DNA of 64,000 bases from Octopus sinensis (lineage: Eukaryota), in assembly GCF_006345805.1 (NCBI RefSeq), contig NC_042997.1, positions 181,598,001-181,662,000 on the forward strand. The letters run 5' to 3'. Position 1 is the first letter of the stretch. The number at the start of each line of letters is the position of its first letter. This document shows positions 40,018-54,134 of this stretch, one piece after another. The notes under the pieces are model-generated. The model was not told the DNA's origin. It worked only from the letters and a program-made list of their open reading frames with translations, and did not search any database. The translations under genes and the position numbers were made by a program.

Positions 40018-41631
40018 ATGTGTGTATGTGTGTGTGTGTATATATGTGTGTTTGTGTGTGTGTGTGTGTATGTGTGTGCGTTAGCGCGCGTCTGTATACA
40101 CATACGCACGAGTGTTATTTTCTTTGCAGTGATAAAGGAAGGAATTACAAGAAATGGGAGAGAGAGAGAGAAAGAGAGAGAGAGAGAAAGAGAGAAAGAG
40201 AGAGAGGGAGAGAAGAAGAAGTGATAGAAAAATAATATAGGAGAGGATAGCGTTTTATATAATATATATTTTTAGTTGGTCTTCATCAATAAAATTCTTT
40301 GGAGCCATCATTAACGATTTTATATTGCTTGTCTTCTTCACACCCAGTCTGTTATTCCTTCTTCTCCTCCCTCCCTCTCTGTCCTCTGTTTCTCTCTCTG
40401 TCTCCCTCTCTCTCTCTCTTATTTTCCTTATGATTCGTTGTATAAATTCCTCTTTTCTCCGTTTTCGTTGTCCAAATTCAGTAGCCATTATAGTTTGTGT
40501 GACTATTCTTCCGCAGCCAGGATGGGAGGGTGCACAATCAATACCAAGAAACAATTTTTTTTTATTTTAGAAAAAGAAAAGAAAGAAGGAATAAAAAAAA
40601 AATAATAATAAAATAAATAAAATAAGGAGAAGAACATAAAAAGTCAATGAAGTTTTCTGCCAGGAATAAAACAAAGAAAAAAATATATTCATGAAGTTGT
40701 AGACGGCTGGATTAATTAACTTACATTATTCAGTTTTTGACGATGATGGTTTCATGTTTTTAATTCCTCTAGGCTTTGTTGTCACTGCCTTCCTTTCCTC
40801 TATTATCATATTTTAGCAACAAGTCCGCCCCGGTTGCAAAGCAGATGTTGAAAGCAATCCAATAATGACCAACCCATTTTATTTTCGGGAACTGTGTACC
40901 TATTACTATGCTATTACCCTTTCCCACCAAAATTTTAAATTTAGCTTGGAAGTGACTGTTGTCACTTCAGAAGAAAATTATGTCGAATAATTTGTTCTTA
41001 ATTAAGAATTCGCCATTGATTGCTCAACTCATGCCAAACTCATGAGAAATTTACAAATATTGGTATTAAGAGGATGGTGGCATGAAGAAATATAAATAAA
41101 GTAGTCATATACAATATATTTAATAGATAAATCTTTAGTTACTCTGGGAAAATATGTCTCATTCTTCTATTGTATACAAGAAATAAGATATCGTATAATA
41201 TTATCTTATTTTTATTGGAAACAATATAACATCAAAATAGATATGAAAGAATTTTATTGGTTAGCCATACTATCTCTGCATACAAAATAAAAATGAAAAA
41301 CTACAAAAACAAAATAATAAATAACAAACAGGCATTTAAAAATAGAGAGAATATATATAAAGTGTGGATTATGTTAATTAGAGGGAAAGGAAAAAAGAAA
41401 AGGAGAGAAGAAAAAGCAGCGGAAAGAACAGTGCAGACTGAAAGAGAAAGAAAAAGAATAGATCAGGTTAGCTGAAAAATTAGGATGGCGGGAAAAAGTG
41501 ACCGAGAATAAGAAAAAGAGATTAAGGAAAAAAATATATATGAAGAATAAGTAGAAACAAGCAAAACACAAGAGTGATAATTTTTGACAAAGATGTTAAT
41601 AGTAGAACGTTTGAAAGAAAACTGAAAGGGT

Positions 41632-41667
41632 CTTTAACGTTTCGGACGATAGCGCTTCATCAGAAAA
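41632..41667 (-). ncRNA. Minimal type-I hammerhead motif within a pyrimidine-rich pLTR-like repeat
   Basis: UUUU-CUGAUGA-A-GCGC(uauc)GUCC-GAAACGUU-AAAG; canonical core, one stem II mismatch. Confidence 0.65.
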
Positions 41668-42065
41668 AAAGAAGAAAGGTTGTAGAAAAAGGAAGAAGGA
41701 GAAGAAGAAGAAGAAGAAGAAGAAGAAGAAGAAGAAGAAGAAGAAGAAAAGATTTAGTGTAATGAAAAATAAATGGTTATAAAGATATAAGCAACATATG
41801 GGTGAGCTTAAAGAATGAATATGTATGGAAGGCATCTGAAAATATAAGAATATATTAAAATCAAGGCCGGGAATAAGAGATTAGATTTGAAAAAATAAAA
41901 GCGATGAAAACTAAAATGAAATCCAAGTTAAAATTTAAAGGGGATTGCCGGTGCAATGTTTTAATTTTATTGTTATATTTGCAGATGGTCATTTTGCCTA
42001 TAAACACAGGCACTTCTTATTTCATCTTCACTTTCGCTTTGTTATTATATTTTTATTAATTAATT

Positions 42066-42108
42066 GTTATAGTTCTTTCGTCACACATTCGATGACTTCT
42101 TCAGTGAC
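42066..42108 (-). ncRNA. Type-I hammerhead motif in the inverted 5' pLTR
   Basis: GUCA-CUGAAGA-A-GUCA(ucgaaugug)UGAC-GAAA-G(aa)C-UA/UAAC. Confidence 0.7.
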
Positions 42109-43414
42109 TGTTTGTTTTTCGTGTCGCTTCTCCTCTCTGGTCTTGTCAATTCCATCTTGTTTTTGTGTGATTATGCTAAGGTGATCTATTGTTATCTTAA
42201 TAATTTAGTGGATAAAATTAGATATTTTCTGGATGCTCTCCATGTAAGCACCCCAACTACCGACTACCTGTTTTAGACAGTGAACTCTGGATGGAAACTA
42301 GGTATAACAAGGTTTAAATCCTCCATCCACAGTATGCCAAACCCATGGCCTCCAAATACCTGCTCCAATGGAACACAGCTATTGTGGATAATACTAAGTT
42401 CAATATCCCAATAGTGAACTTGATAAGGGTGTCCTGCATATGCAATCCAACGGAATTAGAGAGACACATACAGCACTCCATTCATAGCATGCATTTCCCT
42501 TGATACTGCTAAAGAGACAAGATCAGGGCGTACAAAGGAGACATGACACAGTTGAAAACTATGAGGTCTACCTGCTAAACAGGAGTAAACCATAAAATAA
42601 CATAGAAAGAACTAAGAAGATAGGTAAGTTCATCTCATGGTATGGCAGCCCAAACTAGCATAGCGTCATGTTCATCGATGCGAGCCCTGGAGGTGAAGTA
42701 GTGTACCCTTTTAGAAAAGCCTTAGGTAAACAGAATCTACGGATTAAAGTAGTAGAAATGCCAGAAACTCCCCAAAAATCCATGACCTGTAAAACTTACT
42801 CAATTGAAAGAATCCCCAGGAACTGTATAATGTGCAGAGTAAACCCACAGAAAACTACAAAACTAAGAATGTAGTCTATAATATAAGGTGTACCAAGGGA
42901 CAGTGTAAACACAGGGCAAGGGCGTACATTGAAGATATAGCCCGTAGCATGAGTGAGAGGATAAGCGAATACTGGCGGGCAACTCGAGGAGGAGAAAACC
43001 TCCTCAGTGCTATACCAACATGCTAAACTACAATATGAGGTCTCGATAGATAACATAGATGTTAGGACCTTATCGACACATAGAACTGATACAACTCACA
43101 GAAATATTACGAAGGCCACACTGATAACAGAAAATAGACCGAAAATGTGAATGGAGTAATAACAACCCGACCCTTCGCACTCCACCCCACCCAACAACAT
43201 GACAACTGAAGACAGGAAAAAGAGACGGGTACCAGCTGAATAATATACAAATCCATATAGACGCAAACAAAATACAGATATACATACCAAACACATAGAC
43301 ACACAGGCAGATACAGACGCAACCGTATGCACTGGTAGGGATATATACCACAGAAAAGCAAGATAGAATAGACATGGCAAAACTAGAGAGAAGAGGAGAC
43401 TCGAAGAACTGGTA

Positions 43415-43457
43415 GTCGTTGCAGAGGTCACAGAATATGTGACGAAAGAAAACTGAC
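43415..43457 (+). ncRNA. Decayed hammerhead motif in the 3' pLTR
   Basis: GUCG-UUGCAGA-G-GUCAC(agaauau)GUGAC-GAAAGAAAAC-UGAC; homologous to 42066-42108. Confidence 0.5.
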
Positions 43458-44225
43458 AACTAAACTAATAATAATAATCATTAAGCTAAAGGAAAGATCA
43501 AATGAATAGTGCATATGCTTATTGACAAGATGACCGTCCCGAAATACAAAAAAAAAAAAAATTTGTTTCAGCAGTCGATTTGACATCAAGATTCTTACAA
43601 AACATGCTTAAATGTAACTTTTAACTTTGATTATAATTTGTTTCCTGAATTTAGTTTGTTGAGAACCTTATTCAAATGTTTAATACATAACCATAAATTC
43701 GCTATTTTTTTTGTATCTTACATATTCGTTCGTTATTATATTTCCATATATATCTTTATATCCATTCGTTTTCTCTTTAGCTCTGGTGTTGAGTGCGTTG
43801 TTTTTATTTTTTCTTTGGCTTTTTTGCTCTCTTTCCGTTACACTGTTTCTTTTTCCCTCTTTCTCTTAAATTCTGCCTTCGCTGCTCTTTCACTCGCCCT
43901 TTCTTACGTCTCCTCCACTACCTCCTCCTTCTTCACTTCCTTCTTTCCACTAGATAAAGTATCACATTTTCATTTATACATATTCATATTTTATACATGT
44001 TTGGCATTTTCTCCTCTATTTTGTATGCAAAAGCCATAGTGCTAAGATCTTTTCTATCTATTTTCGGGCACTATCTCATTCATTTAAAATATTTCCATCA
44101 TGTTCAAAGATCACCAATGTTTAACGTTTAAATATTTTTCCCAAATTGCATTTTATATATCAGAGATGAGGAACTTAGGGAAACGATTTGGAAGTTTATA
44201 CTTTAATCACACACACACACACACA

Positions 44226-44256
<31 letters not shown>

Positions 44257-44285
44257 TACACACACGTATGTATGTGTGTATGTAT

Positions 44286-44423
44286 GTATGTATATATATC
44301 ACCGTGATCACCGTGACCGACTAGGCTATCAGATGTTGCTACACATCGCTGGTCACAATGCGATTCGCATTGTTTTAGCCTTCAAATGACGCCACCCCGC
44401 TGGCTAAGCAAGCAAGTAGGCCA

Positions 44424-44425
<2 letters not shown>
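44286..44425 (-). mobile_element. 3' end of an RTE-type LINE or SINE with (TCACGGTGA)n tail
   Basis: Minus strand gaccagcgatgtgtagcaacatctgatagcctagtcggtcacggtgatcacggtga; related to 48965-49125. Confidence 0.6.
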
Positions 44426-44465
<40 letters not shown>

Positions 44466-44587
44466 CAGACAAGAAATAAAATTTCAAACGCCGTGAAGCT
44501 GCAAAGTCAGTGGAGAAAGATTGGGTATTTACCCTTATAAGACGGAAAAAAGTTGCCAGCTGGTGGCTACGGGACTCGAACCCGCAC

Positions 44588-44622
<35 letters not shown>

Positions 44623-46136
44623 CACATACATATACTTGTATTTGGACAAGTCAACAAATCGTTTACACCTAAACAAAGTCATAGAAATTCCAGTTTCGTG
44701 GTTAGCTACCTGAACGGCTTCTTTATAGGATCCAGTGGTTAAGGACATCATCAGGAGGAATCACGTCCGGTTTCGGTCCCTACTCCTCTACCGTTTTCGA
44801 CGTGGCGGCCCCACTTCCTTTCGGTGACGTCTTCAGCTCTGATGTTGAGTGCGTTGTTTTTCTTTTATCTTTGGCTTTTTTGTTCTTTGGTTTCTTCGAT
44901 GCAGCGTCAACGAATGTCATCGGGCGAATGACCATCCAGCCAAATTTCCTTTTAATTACTGGCCGGTAGGTTCCAGCAGCCAGCGCCAATCACATTAACT
45001 CTTTCGAGGCTAAAAACAGACAAGATTCAAAGTCTCTATCATGTGCTTGTTCATTGCATTCTCTCCCTTGATTTCGTTGATTTTTTTTTCGCTTTAATGT
45101 TAGATCACATATCCTTGTGCTCAAGGTGTCATCCTTAATTCGTGTACACGGAGAAGTTTATTGTTGATGTATATGAGTGTTAAATGAATTAAAAACGTTA
45201 CTTTACAGACCTAAACTGTAAAAGTAGCTTCTGCTTTTTCCTTCATTCTTTGGAAATAGATTTAAAATACATACTAACTCTTTTCGTTTGAAAAATTTAA
45301 AGCTTTCTATAATCCATCGATTTATTTCGAACATGGAGTCATTACTTAGATTTTCTTTTCTCTTTTCAAATTTTGTTTTGTCATCTGACATTTAATTTAT
45401 CGGCAATTGTTATTTATTTCATAGTTGAAAATCTGATAACGCTGCGGGCAGACAAGTTTGAAGATTTCAGCGGAAGTTGATTCGTGCATAGAAAACCAGT
45501 GCAAGAGATTTCAGTCGCTTGAACTCACAGTCGACTTTATAAATAGCGTTCGATAACTCTATAACGTCACCGTGTGTGGCTGTGTGTTTTGGTAAAGATA
45601 CAGCTATTAGGTAAGAAGATACTTGAAACAGTATAGGAAACATAGAGTTGGAGGGAGAAAGAGAAAGATGAAAGAAAAGAAGAATGTATGAAAAGAGTAA
45701 ATAAGTGTGTCTGCGTATTTCTGCTTGTTTATTTGTGAACAGAGAATCGTATAACGCAAGTGAGAAACATTGTATGTGTACGATTTGTGTGTGCGCGAGG
45801 GGATGCGTACATGTATTTCTAAAGGTGACAAGAAAACAAGCTCTGTTTCTATTCGACCTCAATTATACACAAATAGAACACAACAATGTGGAGTTTATAT
45901 AACCGAAAGTTTCGAATTCGTCACCCACTCAAAATGCAGTTTTAGTGTTGTCACACGATCTGCCCTCTGTTGAACTGATGTTCTCAAGTAGGTCATGTAT
46001 TGCTTCCTGTAGATTATCGTTTTGATTGCTTTTCAGGAGTGGTTTGAATAGAAAGAGATTAAAATTCCAAGTTATTTCGAAAACCACTTTACGTCACGTT
46101 CCTTTTTCTCTTCTTAAATATTTAATGCAATGAAAA

Positions 46137-46480
46137 GGTGACGAGTTGGCAGAATCGTTAGCACGCCAGGTACAATACTTAGCGGTATTTCGTCTGCCGC
46201 TACGTTCGAGTTCAAATTCCGCTGAGGTCGACTTTGCCTTTCATCCTTTCGGGGTCGATTAAATAAGTAGCAGTTACGCACTGGGGTCGATATAATCGAC
46301 TTAATCCGTTTGTCTGTCCTTGTTTGTCCTCTCTGTGTTTAGCCCCTTGTGGGCAGTAAATAAATAGGTAAAATACTTAGCGACATTTCGACTCTAATCA
46401 TTTTACACTCTGAGTTCAATCCCGTCGACTTTGCCTTTTGAGGTCGATAAAATATGTACGAATTGAGCACTGAAGTCAAT
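46137..46480 (+). mobile_element. SINE family A with partial second copy
   Basis: Match to family A. Confidence 0.85.
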
Positions 46481-47178
46481 GAAACCGACATAAGTCCCTC
46501 CCCCGAACTTACTGGCCTTGTGCCAAAATTTGAAACCAATATTTAATACAGTGAAGAGAAAGGTATCGGCCAATTCCTTAAGATGACGGACAAAATGCCA
46601 TGCAGTATTTAATTGCGAGTTGATATCGTAATTGCGTGTTGATATCGTATCCTGCCAATGTCAATTTTGCCTTCCATCCTGTTGGAGTTGAAAAAATAAA
46701 ATAAAATAAAGAAAGAAATAAACAAAAAGGTACGAGTGAAGTAGGTGTCGAAATAATAATCATCATAACTTTATCCCTAATTAAGAACTTGTAGCTAAAT
46801 TAGAACTACAAATACGGAGGGTCTCGCGCATATAATATAAGAATTAAGAAACTTCAGTCAACGGAGATTATCTAAGTATTTAATAGATTTCTTCAGAGAG
46901 CGGGTATAATCTAGAAGTAGTTAGCAAAGCAGATAACTCTAAACTTTTAAAAATAACATAGGAGATCCTCGCTTTACGGAAGTAATACGTACCTGAAAAT
47001 CAGGCCGTAACTAGAAATCCCGTAATACGAAATTAATTGTTGATTTTCATGTCATGTGAGATTGCGTCCCTACACACTTTATCGAAGAAAGAGAGAAAAA
47101 AAGAGAATGTAAGAAAGCAACAGAGACTAAGCAACACAATCACCTCTGTTCATGGAAATAACAACCTCTAAACAACAG

Positions 47179-47222
<44 letters not shown>

Positions 47223-47849
47223 AATAAAATAGAACATATGCATATATATAAACATATATGTACGTACCTACCTCTACATGTACATATACACGCATATATG
47301 TGTACAGGACACCAAAAAGACGTCGAACACATAGAGAGACGAAAAACATAGACACAAACCAAGGAACAAGACAAGCAAAAAAAGAGATACAGGACAATAA
47401 GCACAACGAAAAATCCCCTTCTTCAGTCGCTAAGGTTTCATCTACTAAACGTTTCGAAGGATAAAAGCGAGACGTATACTTCGAAGAAAACTTCCTTCCT
47501 GCGAAAAGCAAATCAATTAAAATTCTGAGATCTTTTCGCAGAGGGGTAAAAAAAAGCAAGACGGTAACGACAGTACAAACATATAAACAGTAAAAAATAT
47601 ATATATAAACAGTGGAAAAATAAATATATAACAGTGAGAGACAAGACAAGGAGAACAAGATAAGAAGGGCTGTTAACGCCAGACGAAAAAAGTATTGCAA
47701 ACGCTGGATTATAGTGGACGACGAGAGAGAAAGAATGTCGACCAGTAGCCTTAGAAGGCGGGCGAGAAAAGACAGGATAGCAGTTACGACGGAAGTATCG
47801 TCGCAGATGGACGACGGGAATGGGGGAGGAGGAGCAAGAGGAAGAGAGA

Positions 47850-48802
47850 GGGATATAATGCAGCTGTACCTCGAAATAAAGAGGTCAGATCCTGTACACT
47901 ATAGATCTCTATTGCAAGCAGACCTGGACACAATGCAGCAGTGGATCATGGACTGACAACTCAAGCTGGCTGTGGACAAATGTACCACCATGCATTTTGG
48001 GAGGAGAAACCCACCGTCCTCCTATTCCCTCCACAACACTAGTCTCAAAAAGTCTTCATGTGAACGTAACCTGGGTGTTATTGTCGACATTGATTTGCGT
48101 TGGACAAAACACATCGCTAAAATTGTCAAGAAGGCTGAGGGTGTCTTGGCATCACTCACCAAATCATTTGTGAGCCGCTCTCCGACTATCTATCTGCGGC
48201 TTTATATAGCTATGGTAAGACCTCACCTGGAATTTGCATCACTGGTCTGGAACCCCTATCTTGCCCAGGATATCAATCGTCTGGAAGCCGTTCACCGACG
48301 TGCAACCAAAAGAATACCCTCCATCAGGCATTTGCCATATCCTGAACGCCTTACTTCCCTGGGCATGGACACATTGAAACTCCGACGTCTGGCAGCTGAC
48401 TTGGCAGACACACATAAAATTATCAACCATCGTACAAACAATAACTCTGAGCACCTTTTCAAACTCCACCCATCTAACACCCGTGGACATATTTACAAAG
48501 TCAGAAAGCAGCACAGCTCCCATGATTTCAGGAAACATTTTTACACGCTGAGAGTTGATGAAGCATGGAACAAACTGCCGGCATCAGTTGTTAGTTGTCG
48601 GAGCACTGCATCCTTCAAAACTTCCATGCTTTCTGAGATTCGCCAACACTACACCTGATTTTCTCCCCTCCATACACACACAAGCATCTATCTGACTCAT
48701 GCATTGTTCGCTTTCCAGACATTTGTACATTACTGCATATACTCTGACAAGTTGTGGTGCACCTGAGCACTGTATACAATAATTTCATTATTATTATTAT
48801 AA
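47850..48802 (+). mobile_element. CR1-type LINE, 5'-truncated 3' portion
   Basis: ORF 47972-48658: KCTTMHFGRRN, ERNLGVIVD, VRPHLEFASLVWNP, LEAVHRRATK, TRGH, RVDEAWNKLP; (ATT)n tail. Confidence 0.93.
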
Positions 48803-48915
48803 TATCCATGCAGATACTGAATTTCCCTATGTAAAATGAATAAGCTAACTGGAAATAATTAAAGTTTGAATGTTCAAATTCTTCATTCTCCTTATTAATA
48901 TATATATATATATAT

Positions 48916-48964
<49 letters not shown>

Positions 48965-48968
<4 letters not shown>

Positions 48969-49125
48969 CTTGATCACCTTGATCACCTTGATCGACCAGT
49001 CCGTCGGGCGTCCATTTGACACCGCTGGTCACAGCCCGCTGTCGACTCCTTTCTGGATCGCGCCTTCCTCATCCACGTGGTTCCAATCGCCCGCCTAAAA
49101 TCGTAACTCCACCGTCGTGGAGGCT
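48965..49125 (-). mobile_element. RTE-type LINE 3' terminus with (TCAAGGTGA)n tail
   Basis: Minus strand reads FRRAIGTTWMRKARSRK.. then three tandem tail units. Confidence 0.65.
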
Positions 49126-49209
49126 TCTTTCAGTTTCCGTCTAAGGTGCCACGCAATAGGACTGAACCCGGAACCATGTAGTAGGGGAGCAAGCATATTA
49201 CTACACATC

Positions 49210-50600
49210 CACACTTGCGTCTACAGCAATAATTTTTGTAGTTGACTTAAGTGGTGTAAGTTGAACTTCTGTTGTCTTATCTATCTTCTCAGCTTGTTCT
49301 TTTCTAACGTTCTGCTTGATGAAAACTTGTAATGTTACTGATACAGAAGCCTATATAATTTTCAAATCACTATTCAGAGTCGAAGGTTTCATTTCATCCC
49401 ATGATTCAGGTATATTATACTATATTATACACAACATCCATTATCAAATTCTTCCAGAAATGTCTAACTGAAAGTTTATACACCCTGTCAATTGTTTTCA
49501 TAAGTTGTTTGAAAGTTCTCATATAATACGCCTTGAAGTTAGCTTTTATACCTTGATCTGTTGGCAGAAGCAAAGAAGTTGTATTCTTTGGGACATATTA
49601 TACTCTCAAATTATCAGAAAGGTCATCTAAGTTCACTGGGTGGCTTGATGCATTATTTCGAGGTAATGCTTTGCTGGAAATATGTCTGGCACTGTACCTT
49701 TCTACGACAGGGCAAAAACTTTTGATAACCTTTCTTTGAAAAGGCTCTTAGTCATTCTTGCTTTCTTATTTGGACACCAAATCAGAGGTAGATTAAACCC
49801 TTGGAAGTCTTTGGGTTTTCGGAGTGATACACACAAAAAGGCTTTAATTTTACATCACCAGCGGTATTTCTACTCAAAAGAAGTGTCAGGCAATCTTTGG
49901 AAGTTTTAAATCCAGGTGCTGATTCTTTTTTTTCGCGAGAAATTATAGATCTAACAGGCATGCGTTTCCAGAAAAGGGCAGCTTCATCAACATTGCGTAT
50001 TTGTTCCATTGTGTAGCGCCCTTCAGTAATCATTTTTTCCAACTGATAACTAGTAACAGCCTCTGTATTAGCGCTCGCAGTTTCACCAGTCATTTTTATG
50101 TTGTGCAAATTCATTCACTTCTTCAACTTGCAAACCGGCGTGTACTACCCAAAAATGGTTTTTCATTAGAAGCTTCACCTTCCTTTTCTGTAAATCGTCA
50201 TAAACTCTTTTGGTTTGTTTTTGAATTACCAGCGTGCTTATTGGCACATTGCACCGGTTCTGATCCTCGATCAATATATCCAAGAGTCGTTCCATTTCAA
50301 GCGTTACATTAAATCTATGGAAAAATAAGATCCGGGCAGTTAAGGGAGTAGCTTCTTGAGTACTTGACATAATTTTCTCTCTTGTTATCACGTATTGTTC
50401 CCACTATTGATGTTGCAAGGTTTAATGTTTTAGCAATATAAATTAGTTTTTCTCCCGCATGAAGTCTTAAAACATCAAGTCGAATATCCAGTGTAATCCT
50501 TAACAGTTTCTTTCCACACCGCTGCTTTCAGCTCTGCTTGATAGCGTCTTTCAAGACTTCTTAAATTGAAGATAAATCCAATAGCAGCGGTGATTAATTA
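49210..50600 (-). mobile_element. Tigger/pogo-like transposase remnant
   Basis: [28 protein letters not shown]-terminus; EGRYTMEQIRNVDEAALFWKRMP, APGFKTSKDCLTLLL, VYHSENP (ORF 49782-50114). Confidence 0.88.
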
Positions 50601-51119
50601 TCCGTAACAAATACTAATTTTTAAAATTTGGCTAAGGAAACATGTTTCGTGAGAGCAGAAAATTGTTTATTCCTTTGGATGTAATACAGAAAATGAGATG
50701 AAAAGGCCAAGCACTGATGAAAGGAGAGTACTATATGATTACAGTCAGCAGAAAGGTCAGCAGATTTTATAGGCAATTCGCCCTTCGCCCTTCTGACTTA
50801 AGGCATTAACACACATACACACACACGCCCGCACACACACATACACATACACACACACACACCTCATGCACATAGAGTCACCCACACTCAGTTACACGTA
50901 CTGGCGTACCAATTGGATTCAAAAGCTAGTAGGTTGATAGTGGTGATGATGTAGGCTTCATTTGTTTAGATGCTAGGTGGTGGGCGAATATTGCTAGTGG
51001 CTTGCTGGTCATATTGTTACTGCCTTTTCCAGAAATATTTAAAATACTAATACTCTTGGATTATGACTGGATATTGAAGCGAATCTTGATATTGTGTGCG
51101 TGTGTGTGCGAGCACGCAA

Positions 51120-51178
<59 letters not shown>

Positions 51179-51326
51179 CACATACACACACACACCACAC
51201 ATACTGGGTCTACTTAATCCAAAATTAGCTACTGTGAGAATAGAGATTTTTAATTAGTGTTTATATATATATATATATATATATACATATACGTGTGTTT
51301 GGATATATATATATATTATATATATA

Positions 51327-51395
<69 letters not shown>

Positions 51396-51487
51396 TGTGT
51401 GTGTGTGTGAGTGTATATATATGTGTATTTATGTATATACATATACTTGTATACCCACGTATATATGTTCGCATGCATACATGTATA

Positions 51488-52371
51488 CAGCGTGTGATGG
51501 GTAAATTGTTGCCATTTTATATTTTTAATTTCTTGCATGCGTATTGTTTGTTTTTGATTTTGTCGACTACACAGTATAGTAGGGTCGGTTGGGTACCGTC
51601 TGTAAGAAAAACAGCACTATGACGCAATTCGCCCAGCCAGAAATTTGGAAACGACATGCTGTACTGCTTGGCATTCGCGCCGGAAGCTCCATACGAAAAG
51701 AGGGTGAACACGCAGAAAAACCATTGGCTTGCCGTGTCCCCAAAACTTGTACCGAGAGTGATAAAGATCAAACATTCAGTCAACACATTGGTGTTTGGAG
51801 TAATAACTAGTGATGGTGACGCTATGCCTCCTTTTATCTTTCCAAACCGCCTCAGACTCAACACGGAGGCCAACATCAAGTGCCTGGAGGAGGTAGTGCT
51901 GCCTTAGGTCAAGAGGGTGACTGCTGGAAGAGCTTGTGTCTGGCAACAAGACCCTGCACCACGCCACACAAGTAGGAGGACCAAGTCATGGCTGTCAGAC
52001 AATTTCTGCGACCACATCACTCCTAACATCTGGCCGCCTAACTCCCAGACTGCAACCTTCTTGATTATTATGTGTGGGGCACAGTTGAGCGAGAGACCAA
52101 CAAAACTTGTAACACCAGAGATGAACTGAAGGCAAGAATTATGGCAGCATTCACCAACTTAAACAAGGAGACCGCCCAGAAGAGTTGCAAGAGGTTCCTA
52201 AGTCGTCTGGAGGCCGTGGTTGAAGCAAATATCGAGTTTATTGAATAAATTTACTCTTTAGTATTTCAAATTATTTTTGTGTAATTTTAGTAAATACATC
52301 TGTTAAAATGATATGTCAGTGTTAATTTTATTTTTGCGTAATTTAGACGACAATATATTCACCCCACCTTG
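51488..52371 (+). mobile_element. maT (D,D37D) Tc1/mariner element, internally deleted
   Basis: Imperfect TIRs flanked by TA; WQQDPAP...WPPNS(P)DCNLLDY with 37-residue spacing across one frameshift. Confidence 0.9.
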
Positions 52372-52525
52372 TATATGTATGATGGACTCTCCCGTCGAGG
52401 ACGACGTATGAGCATTCAGTCTTTGCCGAACGACCTACACAAATGATTTGTTTGTAGTCATCAAATGTTCGTGTCGCATATTAGCTCACCGCCTCCATAA
52501 AATTGACGGTATTTGAACATATGTT

Positions 52526-52758
52526 AGGCGGCGAGCTGGCAGAAACGTTAGCACGCCGGGCGAAATGCGTAGTCGTATTTTGTCTGCCGTTACGTTCTGA
52601 GTTCAAATTCCGCCGAGGTCAACTTTGCCTTTCAACCTTTCGGGGTCGATTAAATAAGTACCAGTTACGCACTGGTGTCGATCTAATCGACTTAATCCGT
52701 TTGTCTGTCCTTGTTTGTCCCCTCTATGTTTAGCCCCTTGAGGGCAATAAAGAAATAT
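52526..52758 (+). mobile_element. SINE family A
   Basis: Head-to-tail match. Confidence 0.9.
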
Positions 52759-53124
52759 ATTTATAGTAACGTAAGAGTTGGAAAAAAATTTTTTTAGTTC
52801 AAATATTATCTGATATCAAACAGTACGCAGCATGAAGTGGATGCATATATTTATTATATCAAAAGTTGACTGTCTAGCGAGAGTCTCGCCTCGGGATGGG
52901 CAGCTTGTGACTCTGGGATAGAAAAAAATTTGTTGGTAGTTTATATATGAGTGTTTTGACCTTGGAAGGGTGTGTTCGTTGGTTGTGACAAGTGTCTTTG
53001 AAAATGTATTTAAACTTGTAAAACTTGTAATAAAAAGAAATTTGTTATGGCGTGGGAAAATGAATAGGCTGTGGTTCTTATTTCTATTAAAGTTTGCAAA
53101 CAATTTGTCTCTTATCTCGCTCTG

Positions 53125-53430
53125 GTACTCTGGTACTCTGGTACTCCGTCGGTTACGACGATGTGGGATACAGTTGATCCCGTCAACGGAACAGCCTGCT
53201 CTTGAAATTAACGGGTAAGTGGTTAAGCACTCCATTCCACAGACACACACACCCTTCCCAGGGAGATTCAGCATGACACAAAATGTGACAAAGCTGGCCC
53301 TTTGAAATACAGGTACTACTAATTTTTTGCCAGCTAAGTAGCGTGAAATAAAGTGTCTTACACAAGGATACAATCCGCTGCCAGGAATCGAACTCACGAC
53401 CTTACGATAGTGAACCGAATACCCAAACTA
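53125..53430 (-). mobile_element. SINE family C-related, with (GAGTACCA)n tail
   Basis: ctctggtactctggtactctggtactccgtcggttacgacg at the left end; tRNA-like head near 53380-53430. Confidence 0.8.
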
Positions 53431-54076
53431 TTGCAAACAATGAGCTGAAATTAATGTATTAGATTGCCTTAGTTTTGAAGAATCTTATTCTCTGAACTAC
53501 GATAATTACTCATCTCTAAAGTGCCAACCTCTTTCTAACTATGAATTATCCTGTCATTGAAGACAATGCGAAAGTCATCCCAATAATTTAACATAGCTCT
53601 TAGAGTTTCATTTAAATTTATTGATTGTAAACTTGAAGAGACTTAATGATTGTCAAAGTCTATTCATTTATGTGCTCCATAACGATAACTTTGTATAACA
53701 TGTTATACAACTTAGATGAGTTTCCAAAGACACTAAACACGTGAGCCACACGAACGATCCCCGAATCAACACAGCCTTAAATAATTAGTCAACATCTGTT
53801 TCCTATCCCACAGTCGATAGCAACTCATCCAGGGCAGAATTACGTCCAGTATTTTGAGCTCTATATCAGATCACATTTGAACTACATAAAATGTTTTTAA
53901 TACAACCTTTACATCACGAAATAACCTCCCCTTAATAAGGTCGAATCTCATACCATGCATACGTTATGTGAACACTTATATCAACAAAACACTCCTAATA
54001 GAACATTTCACCTTACACTTCTCCATGAATGACATGCTCATGCCCACAGAAGGCTTGATGTGTGTGGTGTGTATAT

Positions 54077-54129
<53 letters not shown>

Positions 54130-54134
<5 letters not shown>

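Larger units (their letters stand above)
41970..43550 (+). mobile_element. Penelope-like element remnant with inverted pseudo-LTRs
   Basis: YAKPMASKYLLQWNT (RT thumb/linker) and NVVYNIRCTKGQC..AYIEDIARSMSERISE (GIY-YIG, ORF 42832-43026); ~41970-42190 (-) homologous to ~43345-43548 (+). Confidence 0.85.

Noticed and set aside
44560-44590. GGTTCGAGTCCCGTAGCCACCA, resembling a tRNA 3' end
   Set aside because: Only the T-arm and 3' acceptor strand are present next to (TA)n; no cloverleaf, so likely a SINE head fragment.
44690-44800. CTGATGA and CGAAAC words on the minus strand
   Set aside because: Could not be folded into a type I, II or III hammerhead.
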